IMG/VR virus record: IMGVR_UViG_3300030329_004647
Span: 124,001-188,000 of that record
Direction: 5' to 3' (one strand)
Length of the DNA: 64,000 nt
The notes below the pieces were generated by a model. The model did not search any database. It saw only the letters and a list, made by a program, of their open reading frames with translations, and was not told the DNA's origin. Below, piece by piece: positions 20,093 through 29,927 of this stretch. A program made the position numbers and the translations under genes. Every line of letters starts with the position of its first letter. The first letter of the stretch is position 1.

Positions 20093-20876
20093 TTTTTAAT
20101 ATTTCTTTTTTTATATATGTCTTTAGAGGACAATCTTTTTTGTAATTTACTCTTTTTACTGATACGTAACCCTCATTAAACTTTTCATTAATTTGTTCTT
20201 GTGTAAGAATCCAGTTTTTATTGGGACACGATGGGTCAAAAGTACCAAAAAATGGTGGAAATTTCCACTCCTGACCTGTTAGTAATGCCATAAAACCTGG
20301 GTATAATGAAATCATATCTTGATTCGGATACAACTCAACACACACGTCTATATGCTTTTTACATAGTAACATAGACTCCCTTGTTAAGGTCATGTGTTCC
20401 CAGTTAGAGGCCATAGGTGTAGGAACATTTAATACTTTATGCATATCTTTTTGGTCCCAACGCCCGTAAGGTTGAGTTAACGGGTCTCCTTTAATATCAG
20501 TACTAAAATCTTTACCAGTATAATCAGAGTCCCAGTTAGGTGTGTTATAAAACATCACATAGTTTATATTTTTTTCATAATCAAAAGGCCTTATAAAGTA
20601 TTGATTTGCTGATACTAAACAAAAATGGTCAAAAGAGTTAATCTCTTCTTCTGTAAGACTTTTTACAAGTTCTATAAAAGCACCAAAAATAAAAGATGAA
20701 TGATTAACTGGACCTACATTATGTCTAGTTTTAATCTTAGGATGTTTAACGGTTGGATGATTAACAAAAAAATCACAGTTATCATGTAGAGAACCTATGT
20801 TGTCAACAATATCCTGTATATCATCATAATCATGAACCCCACAATGACCAAAAATTACAAAACCACATCTATTCAT
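20082..20876 (-). CDS. Putative glycosyltransferase (GT14/Core-2-branching-like)
   Basis: FDHFCLVSANQYFIRP resembles GT14-like pattern; C-terminal VKRV. Confidence 0.4.
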   Translation of the reverse strand: MNRCGFVIFGHCGVHDYDDIQDIVDNIGSLHDNCDFFVNHPTVKHPKIKTRHNVGPVNHSSFIFGAFIELVKSLTEEEINSFDHFCLVSANQYFIRPFDYEKNINYVMFYNTPNWDSDYTGKDFSTDIKGDPLTQPYGRWDQKDMHKVLNVPTPMASNWEHMTLTRESMLLCKKHIDVCVELYPNQDMISLYPGFMALLTGQEWKFPPFFGTFDPSCPNKNWILTQEQINEKFNEGYVSVKRVNYKKDCPLKTYIKKEILKNEQ

Positions 20877-20877
20877 T

Positions 20878-21213
20878 TTAATTACCTTTATACGCTCTAA
20901 TTGAATTTATTTTATTTTCAGAATCAAATGTGATAATATCCGTCACTAATAATGTGTCAGTTTCATTTATAACTACTTCTATTTCACAAGCAACAGTATT
21001 GTCTTCTTGAAACATTTTACTTGGTCTAACTTCCACAGACTCAACCGCTTCAAAAATTTGTTCATTTGATTTTATAACATTATCTAATCCTTTTGAATTA
21101 ACCTCCCAATCACGTAAATAACAATCTTCTGAAAGAAGTTTTCTTAATCCATCTAAATCTTGATTGGAAAAAGTTTTAAAGTAGGTTAAACATATATTTT
21201 TTAAATTGTCCAT
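20878..21213 (-). CDS. SnoaL/NTF2-like protein
   Basis: YFKTFSNQDLDGLRKLLSEDC...IITFDSENKINSIRAY. Confidence 0.75.
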   Translation of the reverse strand: MDNLKNICLTYFKTFSNQDLDGLRKLLSEDCYLRDWEVNSKGLDNVIKSNEQIFEAVESVEVRPSKMFQEDNTVACEIEVVINETDTLLVTDIITFDSENKINSIRAYKGN

Positions 21214-22193
21214 TCTATTAATTTTTTTATATGAGCTTTAATTTTTTCTTTAATGGTACCTTCCACTTCTCCAAGCTCACTTTTTAATGATAAAAATTTA
21301 TTATCAGATAGTACATAATGACCACATATTTCTACCAAAGTTTTTTTATTATCTTGAGGAATGAAATCTTCATTTACCCACTTTCTCCACCTATTAGATT
21401 CTAGACAAATTTCAAAAAATATTTCTTTTTGTTCTTCGTTCATTAATGAGTATAAAATAGTAGATTCTAACCGACCAAGTTCAGGAGCTATATTAATAGC
21501 GTCTAAACCATTTTGAAATCTAGATTGAAAATCTTTTTGAGATATATAATCCCCGTTATGTTCTTTGGATAGTAAATTAAATTTTTTTACTAAAGTAACC
21601 ATAGATAATAATTTATTCACATCATAAGTTCCTGTATTATGTGTTTCCTTTAATCCTGTTCCTGACTGTATAACACAAAATTTAATTTTAGAAAAAATAT
21701 TATCGGTTAGTTCTTTTTTAACCCTGGTCAACATATATGATATATCATCTAAAGAAAATGGACGTATACCCTCCTCGGTTCCTATCTCAAATAATATATT
21801 AGGATTTTGTTGGTGACAAAATTTAATTAAGTCTATAGTTTTATCTACCCCCTCCTTTATGTCTTTTATTTTTACCCAAGGGTCTATATGTATTAAATCT
21901 AAATATTTACAATCGTGGTTTAAAGAGTTATAACCATCGTCATCTTTATATCCTTGTCCAGGCCCTGCATGGTCCCGTTGCACTTCTATAAGATTAGTTT
22001 TAGATTTAATATAAGACATAAACTTTTCGGTTGTCCAGTTATTAACATAACCGCCGTCAAATTCTACCTGTCTTCTAGAAGGTATGAGTGTTATAATAGT
22101 TTGTAGTTCATTAGCTAATTCTATAGTGGAGTCCACTATATTTTTACTCATAGGTCCTACGTAAAGTTTTGCTGTTGTTGTATTGTTTTCCAT
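21201..22193 (-). CDS. TIM-barrel sugar(-phosphate) epimerase/aldolase-like (GatZ/KbaZ/UxaE-like)
   Basis: SRRQVEFDGGY, RDHAGPG, IHIDP, EIGTEE, KEHNGDY, INIAPELG. Confidence 0.55.
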   Translation of the reverse strand: MENNTTTAKLYVGPMSKNIVDSTIELANELQTIITLIPSRRQVEFDGGYVNNWTTEKFMSYIKSKTNLIEVQRDHAGPGQGYKDDDGYNSLNHDCKYLDLIHIDPWVKIKDIKEGVDKTIDLIKFCHQQNPNILFEIGTEEGIRPFSLDDISYMLTRVKKELTDNIFSKIKFCVIQSGTGLKETHNTGTYDVNKLLSMVTLVKKFNLLSKEHNGDYISQKDFQSRFQNGLDAINIAPELGRLESTILYSLMNEEQKEIFFEICLESNRWRKWVNEDFIPQDNKKTLVEICGHYVLSDNKFLSLKSELGEVEGTIKEKIKAHIKKLIEWTI

Positions 22194-23752
22194 AGATTGT
22201 ATTTTCCAAAGTAGTATAAGAATAAATCAAATGGATGATGATGTAAAGGAGACATGTTTAACCATATTATAGAAGTTAATATTTTTACCTTATCCAGGCT
22301 TAAATTTTTATCTAAAATAAATTGATGTAGTGTTTTTTCACACATAGATAATAAATGTCTACGATTTATATCACAATATATTTTGTCATCACCAATTTCT
22401 ATATTGAATAAATTATCATTAATAATATCATGATTAACAATTAAATTATGATTAAGTTTAGCTAAATCATAATGTATATCCCCTAATTTTAACTCTCCAC
22501 CAAAATCCTGCCTCCAATCTATTAAAGAAAAAGAACCATCCGATTTTTCTATAATATTCTCTAATATAAAATCTCCGTGAAAATAATTAGGTGAATTAAC
22601 ATTAGTTAGAATGTTTTTAACTAGTGATAGTTGGTATTTTACTGGTGGTATATACTCATCATTTATTATTTCTTCTTTATCTACTATATGTTGTTTTTTA
22701 ATTAAAGAATCTAATCGACTAATAGTTTTTTTAATGTAAAAATCTTCACAAATGTCTCTAAATTCATTTACTGATGGATAAATAACATTTTTATCCACAC
22801 CCTTAGACCATAGGTTAATATCAGTCCAGTTTAGTAAATCACTAAAACTTTTAGGTGTGACAGAACGTGAAAATAACTCACCCTCTACTAATTCGTATTT
22901 ATAGAAATTTTTAGTGCTGTCTATAATTTTAGGTACCGAATCCCCAAGAATAGAAGCTCTATCGACTCTTTTTTTAACAATATCTTTATTGTGGAAAAAT
23001 TTTATAACTTTATTATCTAAAATATAAATGGATTCATCTAACTTATCTAAAACATTTATTTCATTATTAATTACTTTTCTTGCTTTATTTAATGAAGATA
23101 CATTTCCTATGTCTTGCCATTTATGACATTCTTCTAAAACAAAACTATTTTTTTTCATCATTTTACTGTAGACATCACAATCAGATATGGAGTCATTAAC
23201 TCTATCCGTGTACACCTCATATAAACAAGACCAAAAATTTACATAGTCATTAATCCCAGCTACACCAACAAATTCATAATCATAGTTAAGTTCTCCTTTT
23301 TCATTAATTCTAGATATCTTAGAACCAGAAACATTTAATGTTCTATATTGAGAACTATTAATTTTTTTATGGCCAACAAGATAGTTTTTATTTGGGGTTA
23401 TATTTTGATAGTCTAAAATAGTATCACAAGCATGAAAAATAAAAGGACATTGTAAGTGATTTTTGGTTTGAAGCATCGAGTAAACCAAACTACTTCCTTT
23501 TCCAGAAAATACGTCAACCCACACAAATTGAAATTTTCTATCTGGGTATGCTAATTCTAAAAATTCTTTAACATGGTCACCAAAATGACCAAGGGTTATA
23601 ACAAACTCTACAGTTTTAGGGTAAGATTCTATTATATAAGATATAGCAGGTTTAGGACCGATTCTTACTAGAGATTTATTGGTAAAATTTGTTATTTCAC
23701 CTAATCTAGACCCCAATCCTGATGTTGTCAGTAATACCTTATACTCTTCCAT
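22157..23752 (-). CDS. Fusion: sugar nucleotidyltransferase + APH/choline-kinase-like domain
   Basis: N-terminal SGLGSRLG...NKSLVRIG.KP, WQDIGN; C-terminal HGDFILENII...LIDWR...YDLAKL. Confidence 0.7.
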   Translation of the reverse strand: MEEYKVLLTTSGLGSRLGEITNFTNKSLVRIGPKPAISYIIESYPKTVEFVITLGHFGDHVKEFLELAYPDRKFQFVWVDVFSGKGSSLVYSMLQTKNHLQCPFIFHACDTILDYQNITPNKNYLVGHKKINSSQYRTLNVSGSKISRINEKGELNYDYEFVGVAGINDYVNFWSCLYEVYTDRVNDSISDCDVYSKMMKKNSFVLEECHKWQDIGNVSSLNKARKVINNEINVLDKLDESIYILDNKVIKFFHNKDIVKKRVDRASILGDSVPKIIDSTKNFYKYELVEGELFSRSVTPKSFSDLLNWTDINLWSKGVDKNVIYPSVNEFRDICEDFYIKKTISRLDSLIKKQHIVDKEEIINDEYIPPVKYQLSLVKNILTNVNSPNYFHGDFILENIIEKSDGSFSLIDWRQDFGGELKLGDIHYDLAKLNHNLIVNHDIINDNLFNIEIGDDKIYCDINRRHLLSMCEKTLHQFILDKNLSLDKVKILTSIIWLNMSPLHHHPFDLFLYYFGKYNLWKTIQQQQNFT

Positions 23753-24086
23753 AATTATCCTCTAATCGTACGATATCGTCCTCCCCAAAATACTCACCCC
23801 ATTGAACCTCAATGAAAATCATATCATTACTACTATTATTAATAGGTCTATGCTTATCACCAACAGGAACTAAAATAGTACTACCGACAGTGACCTCAAT
23901 AACTTCATCATTAAGAATAACTTGTCCCGAACCCTGTACTACTGTCCACACTTCATTTCTTTTGTGGTGATATTGGTAACTTGGGGCACCGCCAGGTTTA
24001 ATAACTATTCTTTTAACTTTACAATAATCACAATCTAATAAATTTTCAAAAGTACCCCACGGTCTTTCTTCATTGTAGTTTTTCAT
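23739..24086 (-). CDS. Mannose-6-phosphate isomerase type II cupin (standalone)
   Basis: ERPWG, KVKRIVIKPG, SYQYHHKRNEVW, IEVQWGEYFGEDDIVRLEDNYGR. Confidence 0.88.
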   Translation of the reverse strand: MKNYNEERPWGTFENLLDCDYCKVKRIVIKPGGAPSYQYHHKRNEVWTVVQGSGQVILNDEVIEVTVGSTILVPVGDKHRPINNSSNDMIFIEVQWGEYFGEDDIVRLEDNYGRV

Positions 24087-24451
24087 ATTTTTAAATCTTT
24101 TATACCTTCAGTATTACGTCTTAAATTAACTGCAAAGGCAGTACCAGTCCTACCATCTTCCTTCATGTCGTTTATCAAATATCTTACTCCACCACCAAAA
24201 CCCATGACTAGTTGGTCATAAATTATTCCAGCTTCTGACAATTGTTGTTCAGTTTGTTTTCTAGCGGTATTTCTTCTACCAGTAGTTAAAACAATATGGT
24301 ATCCCTTTTTTTCCCATTCTAAAAGCTTCTCAATGGTTCCAGGGAGAGGTTCCATTTTAGCATTAGGTTTTGTAGCCTCACTAGGTAACATATGTTTAAC
24401 CAATGTACCATCTATATCACAAAATATTGTTTTAGGTCTATTTTCACTCAT
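24083..24451 (-). CDS. Small HAD-superfamily phosphatase
   Basis: FCDIDGTL, LTTGR, INDMK. Confidence 0.8.
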   Translation of the reverse strand: MSENRPKTIFCDIDGTLVKHMLPSEATKPNAKMEPLPGTIEKLLEWEKKGYHIVLTTGRRNTARKQTEQQLSEAGIIYDQLVMGFGGGVRYLINDMKEDGRTGTAFAVNLRRNTEGIKDLKI

Positions 24452-24452
24452 T

Positions 24453-25808
24453 TTATAATTTTTTTGAAATTTTATTTATAACAGTGTCTATGTAATCGAA
24501 TACTTCTTCAGTGTAGTGTGGAGAAGCCCCAACAAAAAACACTCTATCTAAAACAATATTTGCTTTAGGGTAGTCTTTATAATCACCTAGGTGTTTATAT
24601 CCAGGGTGTAGAAGTATATTACCAGCAAAGTAATTTCTAGTCTGTATTTTATTATCTTCTAACTCCTTCACAATTATTCTTTTTTGTTCAGCACTTTCAC
24701 AAATAAAAGGAGTACCGAACCAAGAGGTTTCGGCTTTTTCTAATTCTATAGGAACCCTTAATGAAGGAATATTTTTTTGAAAAATTTCGGTTATTCTATT
24801 TTTACTAATAATTCTACGTTCATGTATTTCATCAAATTTATCTAGTTGAACTAGACCTATAGCTCCTTGCATGTCTAAAGGTTTTAGATTATAACCCACA
24901 TTAGTGAATACGTATTTATGGTCAACAATTCCATCGTAATCTTCTAACCAAGGACTAAATCTTTTTCCACAAGTACCACAACCCAGAAGATTAGCTGAAC
25001 CTACACAATAACAATCTCTCCCCCACCAAGCAAAACTTCTAGCTAACTCTATAATTTTTGGATTTGCTGACGAAACCATCCCGCCTTCACCAGTGGTAAT
25101 GTGGTGAGCTGGATAAAATGAACATGATGAAGCGATAGAGTAGTCTGTAAGGTACTTACCGTCCCACTTACTACCCAGACTATCGCAATTATCCATAATT
25201 AATTGTATGTTATGTTTTTTAGCTATTTCATTTAACTTATCAAAATCTGGTGAGTTACCTAGTACAGGAGATATGAATATAGCTTTAGTTTTTTCGGTCA
25301 CTAAATCTTCTATTAAATCCACATCAAAGTTAAGAGTGTCTAATTCTATATCTACAAAAATAGGTGTTAAATTATTTTGTACTAAAGGAGCTAGAGTAGT
25401 CGGAAATCCTACCACTGAAATTAAAACCTCATCACCATCATTCCAACCAAAGTATTTTTTAAGAGCGGCTATTAATACAAGATTTGCAGAACTTCCAGAA
25501 TTAACCATAGTAGATTTTTGAAAATTAAAAATTCTAGAAAACATCGTTTCAAATCTATGTACGTTTGCACCTGTTGCTAACCACTTACCATATAAAAAAG
25601 CTTCCATAGCTGCAACCACTTCCCGTGTGTTCCAGTACGGTCCAGAATAGTATATAGGGGTTTTTCCTGGTTCAAATTTTTGATTTACATTATAGGCATA
25701 TTTTAAAATAGGATTTTCTTCATTTAACTCAGCTACAATCTCCTCTATATGTTCTACTTTATTTTTCTTTTTAGTAAGTCCTAATATTTTTTTAAGTTTT
25801 TTTATCAT
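24453..25808 (-). CDS. rfbH: NDP-4-keto-6-deoxyglucose 3-dehydratase (RfbH/DdhC E1-like)
   Basis: VNSGSSANL, DNCDSLGS, SFYPAHHITTGEGG, WGRDCYC...CGTCGKRF Fe-S motif, DHKYVF, TRNYFAGN. Confidence 0.85.
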   Translation of the reverse strand: MIKKLKKILGLTKKKNKVEHIEEIVAELNEENPILKYAYNVNQKFEPGKTPIYYSGPYWNTREVVAAMEAFLYGKWLATGANVHRFETMFSRIFNFQKSTMVNSGSSANLVLIAALKKYFGWNDGDEVLISVVGFPTTLAPLVQNNLTPIFVDIELDTLNFDVDLIEDLVTEKTKAIFISPVLGNSPDFDKLNEIAKKHNIQLIMDNCDSLGSKWDGKYLTDYSIASSCSFYPAHHITTGEGGMVSSANPKIIELARSFAWWGRDCYCVGSANLLGCGTCGKRFSPWLEDYDGIVDHKYVFTNVGYNLKPLDMQGAIGLVQLDKFDEIHERRIISKNRITEIFQKNIPSLRVPIELEKAETSWFGTPFICESAEQKRIIVKELEDNKIQTRNYFAGNILLHPGYKHLGDYKDYPKANIVLDRVFFVGASPHYTEEVFDYIDTVINKISKKL

Positions 25809-25820
25809 TCCTTTTAATTT

Positions 25821-26549
25821 TTATTTATTTATACAATCTTTATATCTTTCTAACGGTAACGCATTTTCTTTTTCTATATCTGCCCAAGAAAAGAAATTAA
25901 AATGTTTATGTTTTTCATCCATCCCAATCCAAAACTCAGCTTGATGTCTGTAGTCAAGTATAAAATTTTCTGGATTGATAATCCAGTCAATCGTAGGTAG
26001 TTTTGAAAGATATTCAGCATTTGCCCACCATATATTTCCAGAGTAGTGAGGCACATAGTCTTCGTATCCATCCCTCATATCTTTATTCCAGTTAGCACCA
26101 CAACTATCGTGGGTTTCTAATTTTTCTATACACTTTAAAAAGTTTTCTATTGAAAAATAAAAATGCATATTTCTTCTATCCATCATTTTTGGGTCATTCC
26201 AGTTCCAAGTGGACACGGATAAAGTTTGTGTGTATAAAACCTTATAATCTTTATTATTATCTACAAAATCTCTAAGTAATCTTAGGGTTGGCAATTCATA
26301 GTCTAATAAATTACCCACTCTAGTTATTTTATAGTTGTCAAAATTAAGTAAATGTTCTGGAAAGGGTAGGTCCCCAACAACATTAAAATGTACATAATCT
26401 ATGTAGTCAAATAAGCCAGATTTATTACCTTTTTCGACTATATCTTTAATTATTCTTTCATAAGTCGTGTTATATGCATGATTATTACCAATTACTGGAG
26501 TTGCAACATGCATAAACATAACCGCTTTATTATTCTTCATATTTATCAT
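25821..26549 (-). CDS. Glycosyltransferase-like hypothetical protein
   Basis: YELPTL, HYSGNIWWANAEY, RHQAEFWIG; type often seen in viral glycan clusters. Confidence 0.4.
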   Translation of the reverse strand: MINMKNNKAVMFMHVATPVIGNNHAYNTTYERIIKDIVEKGNKSGLFDYIDYVHFNVVGDLPFPEHLLNFDNYKITRVGNLLDYELPTLRLLRDFVDNNKDYKVLYTQTLSVSTWNWNDPKMMDRRNMHFYFSIENFLKCIEKLETHDSCGANWNKDMRDGYEDYVPHYSGNIWWANAEYLSKLPTIDWIINPENFILDYRHQAEFWIGMDEKHKHFNFFSWADIEKENALPLERYKDCINK

Positions 26550-26850
26550 TTTTTACACAAGGTGTTTTTACCACAACTGTGGTAACATGAGTTAAACATT
26601 TAAAGTCCGTACTTTCACCTGGTTTTATTACTATTATATCATCCGCCGAATATTCCACCCCATTCATCTCGACCACACCATCAACTATTACAGTAAATTC
26701 CGTAGCCACCTTATGAGTGTGTCTTTTTTCTACAGCACCCTCTAAATACCTTTTAACTGCCACCTCAAAGTCTTGAGTTTTATAAAGGCTAGGTTCAAAG
26801 TCACCCACAAACCAACCCTTAATCATTTCATTTAAATTATGTTTTTCCAT
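26530..26850 (-). CDS. Cupin-fold protein
   Basis: GWFVGDFEPS, HTHKVATEFTVIVDG, VVKTP...DKY. Confidence 0.75.
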   Translation of the reverse strand: MEKHNLNEMIKGWFVGDFEPSLYKTQDFEVAVKRYLEGAVEKRHTHKVATEFTVIVDGVVEMNGVEYSADDIIVIKPGESTDFKCLTHVTTVVVKTPCVKNDKYEE

Positions 26851-28217
26851 TAGTATTTATGATTTTCTAAAAATTTATTTAAATCTTCTGGTGTTCCTAA
26901 TCCCCACATTTTTTTAGTGTGAAACGTCTTTATTTTTTTACCATCCTCTATAGCTTCATTATATATTGGACAAACATAAAATTCATTGTTTATTCTTAAG
27001 TCTTTTTCAATCATTTGTTCACCATATCTTACATAATCAGAACCCTTTGACCAATAGTATATACCCACCGTAGCGATATTACTTATTGGCTTTTTTTCTG
27101 CAACTTCAGATACATACCCATCATTATCTAGTTTAGCAAAACTCCATTTTGGATGAGTTGCGGTAAAAGATAAAATACCACCATCAATTTCATCTGCCAT
27201 CATAGAGTACATAAACTCATTAGAATCCCACTCCACAAACTGGTCAGAGTTTGCTATTAATAAAGGTTCATCATTATTTATAAATTCTTTAGCTAATAAA
27301 GTTGTACATGCTGCACCTTCTGTTACCCCATCAACCTGAACTATTTCACAACCAGGTGTAATAAGGTTTAGTAAGTGTTTTAAGTTATACTTTTCATAGT
27401 GTGATTTTTGAACAATGTATATGTGACGTGCATCAATATTTAAATTTTCAGTCACTACTTGAATCATAGGTTTATTATTAACTTCTATCAGTGGTTTAGG
27501 GAAAGTATACCCAGCTTTTTCAAATCTAGAACCTGCTCCTGCCATAGGGATTAAAACATTCATTTTTCCACCTTGCCACTTAGGTATAATAGCACCGTTA
27601 TTATGTTTGTCTAAATGTTCATTAATTTTTTCGTATGTAACATCTTCACAGTCTTTAACCGCACATAAATGACCTCCACTTTCTACCGCTCCCTTTCTAC
27701 CGTGATGAGAATCCTCAATAATAAGAGTTTGTTTTGGTGACACACCAAAATGTAACATACATTTCATGTACATTTCAGGATGTGGTTTAGGTTTAATAAC
27801 ATCTTGATTCGTGTATAGAACATCTATGTGTTCCATAAACCCTTTTCTAATTAGTTGTAATTTTGCTGTTTCTCTAATTGAATTAGTACAACAAGCTATC
27901 TGATATCCTGAATCTTTTAATCTTCTTAGAATGTCTTTAATTCTAAAATCTTGTGAAAATTTATCTATAATAGATACGGTTTTTTCTTGTTTAAGTTTCC
28001 ATACTATGTTATGAACATCCTTTGATAGTCCTTTTGAGGATGTTAACATTTCTAATTTTTTTGTGGTAGATAACCCATCATATGTAGATAGGTGTTCATC
28101 TCTGGAAATGATAAACTTTTCATCTATGGTTTCTAAAGCTTTATTTAAAGCTTCGTAATGTAATTCTCTAGCGTTTACTAAAACACCATCTAAGTCAAAT
28201 ATAATTAATTTAATCAT
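26850..28217 (-). CDS. Fusion: HAD phosphatase + nucleotidyltransferase
   Basis: FDLDGVL, KPHPEMY, IEDS; then IPMAGAGSRF...PKPLIEV, NSDQ, AEKKPIS, GLGTPEDL. Confidence 0.8.
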   Translation of the reverse strand: MIKLIIFDLDGVLVNARELHYEALNKALETIDEKFIISRDEHLSTYDGLSTTKKLEMLTSSKGLSKDVHNIVWKLKQEKTVSIIDKFSQDFRIKDILRRLKDSGYQIACCTNSIRETAKLQLIRKGFMEHIDVLYTNQDVIKPKPHPEMYMKCMLHFGVSPKQTLIIEDSHHGRKGAVESGGHLCAVKDCEDVTYEKINEHLDKHNNGAIIPKWQGGKMNVLIPMAGAGSRFEKAGYTFPKPLIEVNNKPMIQVVTENLNIDARHIYIVQKSHYEKYNLKHLLNLITPGCEIVQVDGVTEGAACTTLLAKEFINNDEPLLIANSDQFVEWDSNEFMYSMMADEIDGGILSFTATHPKWSFAKLDNDGYVSEVAEKKPISNIATVGIYYWSKGSDYVRYGEQMIEKDLRINNEFYVCPIYNEAIEDGKKIKTFHTKKMWGLGTPEDLNKFLENHKY

Positions 28218-28279
28218 TTTATTTAATTTCTAATTTTATTAGAAAAAATACTAGAATTATTTGGTAAAGTAAACGTTGG

Positions 28280-29197
28280 TTAAATGTTTTGAATGATGTT
28301 CTCAAACAAGTTAATAAGATAATCTAAGTTAATAACATTAGACTGTTTATTGCTAACTATTGGTTCCTTAAAATAACTTTGATATAGCTTATCGTCAGAG
28401 TCTATTTCTAATATTTTTTCTATTAATTCTTCATCACTTTCAAAATCAAAATAATTTAAAAAGCTATTAGGGTTATATTCTTCGTGTATCCTATCATTTC
28501 CCCAGTAAATCGGGATAACACCAGATATAAATGGTTCTATAAATTTTTCACTAATCATACCATTCATACTTACCATTTCTCCATTCTCAATTACCGCGTT
28601 AGGGTAAGAAGGATATGTAGCTCTAAAGTTATTCTCAAAAGCAATATTAAATTTATAATCTTTTATAAAATTTATTTTTGGTAAGGAGGAGTTTAAAGAA
28701 GTATTATCAAAAGGAATGGAAAAGTCTTTGAATGGGTGAACATTAGTTTCTACTTTTTTTACATTATTTAATTTATGAAAAAAACGACCTCTTTTACCGT
28801 GTAAACTTCTACTTACATAAGAACAAAATTTTGTTTTTGGTGGTATAGGTCTATTTTCTTGGGTAAAAAAACTAAAATCCTTTATTAATCCATTTTTTAT
28901 AAATTCATAAACATATTGATAGTAGGCTGGAAATCTTGTGTAATTAGGATAATCTAAAAAAAATCCACCTAAAAAATGGTCAGCAATTTCTGGTGTGGGT
29001 ACTGGAAAATAAGGTTCCCCACCATTAAAATAAATGGTATACACATCAGGAAATGGTCGGTCATTTAAAGAAATTACTAAATTAGGGTTTGAGTCGACCA
29101 CAGTAACATTATGATTTTGACTTAATATCCACACAAAAAAATTATCCTGCTTATTAAAACCACCCCAAAATTCATGAAAATATAATCTAATATCCAT
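28280..29197 (-). CDS. GT10 alpha-1,3/4-fucosyltransferase-like
   Basis: KTKFCSYV, KINFIKDYKFNIAFEN, ISEKF, IPIYWG. Confidence 0.82.
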   Translation of the reverse strand: MDIRLYFHEFWGGFNKQDNFFVWILSQNHNVTVVDSNPNLVISLNDRPFPDVYTIYFNGGEPYFPVPTPEIADHFLGGFFLDYPNYTRFPAYYQYVYEFIKNGLIKDFSFFTQENRPIPPKTKFCSYVSRSLHGKRGRFFHKLNNVKKVETNVHPFKDFSIPFDNTSLNSSLPKINFIKDYKFNIAFENNFRATYPSYPNAVIENGEMVSMNGMISEKFIEPFISGVIPIYWGNDRIHEEYNPNSFLNYFDFESDEELIEKILEIDSDDKLYQSYFKEPIVSNKQSNVINLDYLINLFENIIQNI

Positions 29198-29198
29198 T

Positions 29199-29927
29199 TT
29201 ATTTATCTGTATTTTCTTTAGTAGTTCTAAGGTCTATTTCATATGCGGTACAATCTATATTTTCTTGTCTAGTTAATCTAGGAACAATAGCATAACAAGT
29301 TTCATTTTTTTGTTTAACTACTTCACTAAAAGCTCCGTCTGCTGTGTAATATCCTTCTTTATTAAATTCAGCCATTGTTTTAGCAAAGGATTTTGTTATA
29401 CCAATACTGTGAGTACAGTGTAAGTGAATAAAATTATCTTTTGTTACTTTACATATATTAGAAGAGTGGTTTGGTTGCGGATACATATTTCCGTCCCACC
29501 CTAGGTATACCATGCCCCAGTCATTAGGAAGTTGTGACATGTAATCTTCTACATTTTCAAATTCTGGAAAAAAGATACAATCGTCCTCCAATATTAATAC
29601 CTTCTCCCAATCACCATTAGCTATTTTTTCATACATTTTAACATGGGACAAAGAACATCCTATTTGTCCAAAAGATAGATTTTGTGGCATTACCCTAACT
29701 ATACCATTCGTGTCTGTATGTAAATTAGTAAAACCAGCTTTAGAACCATCTATACCATAAAACAACTCATAATCTAATCCATCCAACCTATCTTTTATTC
29801 TTTGTATTCTTGATTTAGCAGTTGGTGCTAAATTAGCATTAGCCACAAAATCAGATTCATTAAAATCATGTTCTAGTGTTAACACTAAAACTTTATCGAA
29901 TAATTTATTTAATATACTTAAATCCAT
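29199..29927 (-). CDS. GT25 glycosyltransferase
   Basis: GIDG, GQIGCSLSH, LILEDD, DWGMVYLG. Confidence 0.82.
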   Translation of the reverse strand: MDLSILNKLFDKVLVLTLEHDFNESDFVANANLAPTAKSRIQRIKDRLDGLDYELFYGIDGSKAGFTNLHTDTNGIVRVMPQNLSFGQIGCSLSHVKMYEKIANGDWEKVLILEDDCIFFPEFENVEDYMSQLPNDWGMVYLGWDGNMYPQPNHSSNICKVTKDNFIHLHCTHSIGITKSFAKTMAEFNKEGYYTADGAFSEVVKQKNETCYAIVPRLTRQENIDCTAYEIDLRTTKENTDK

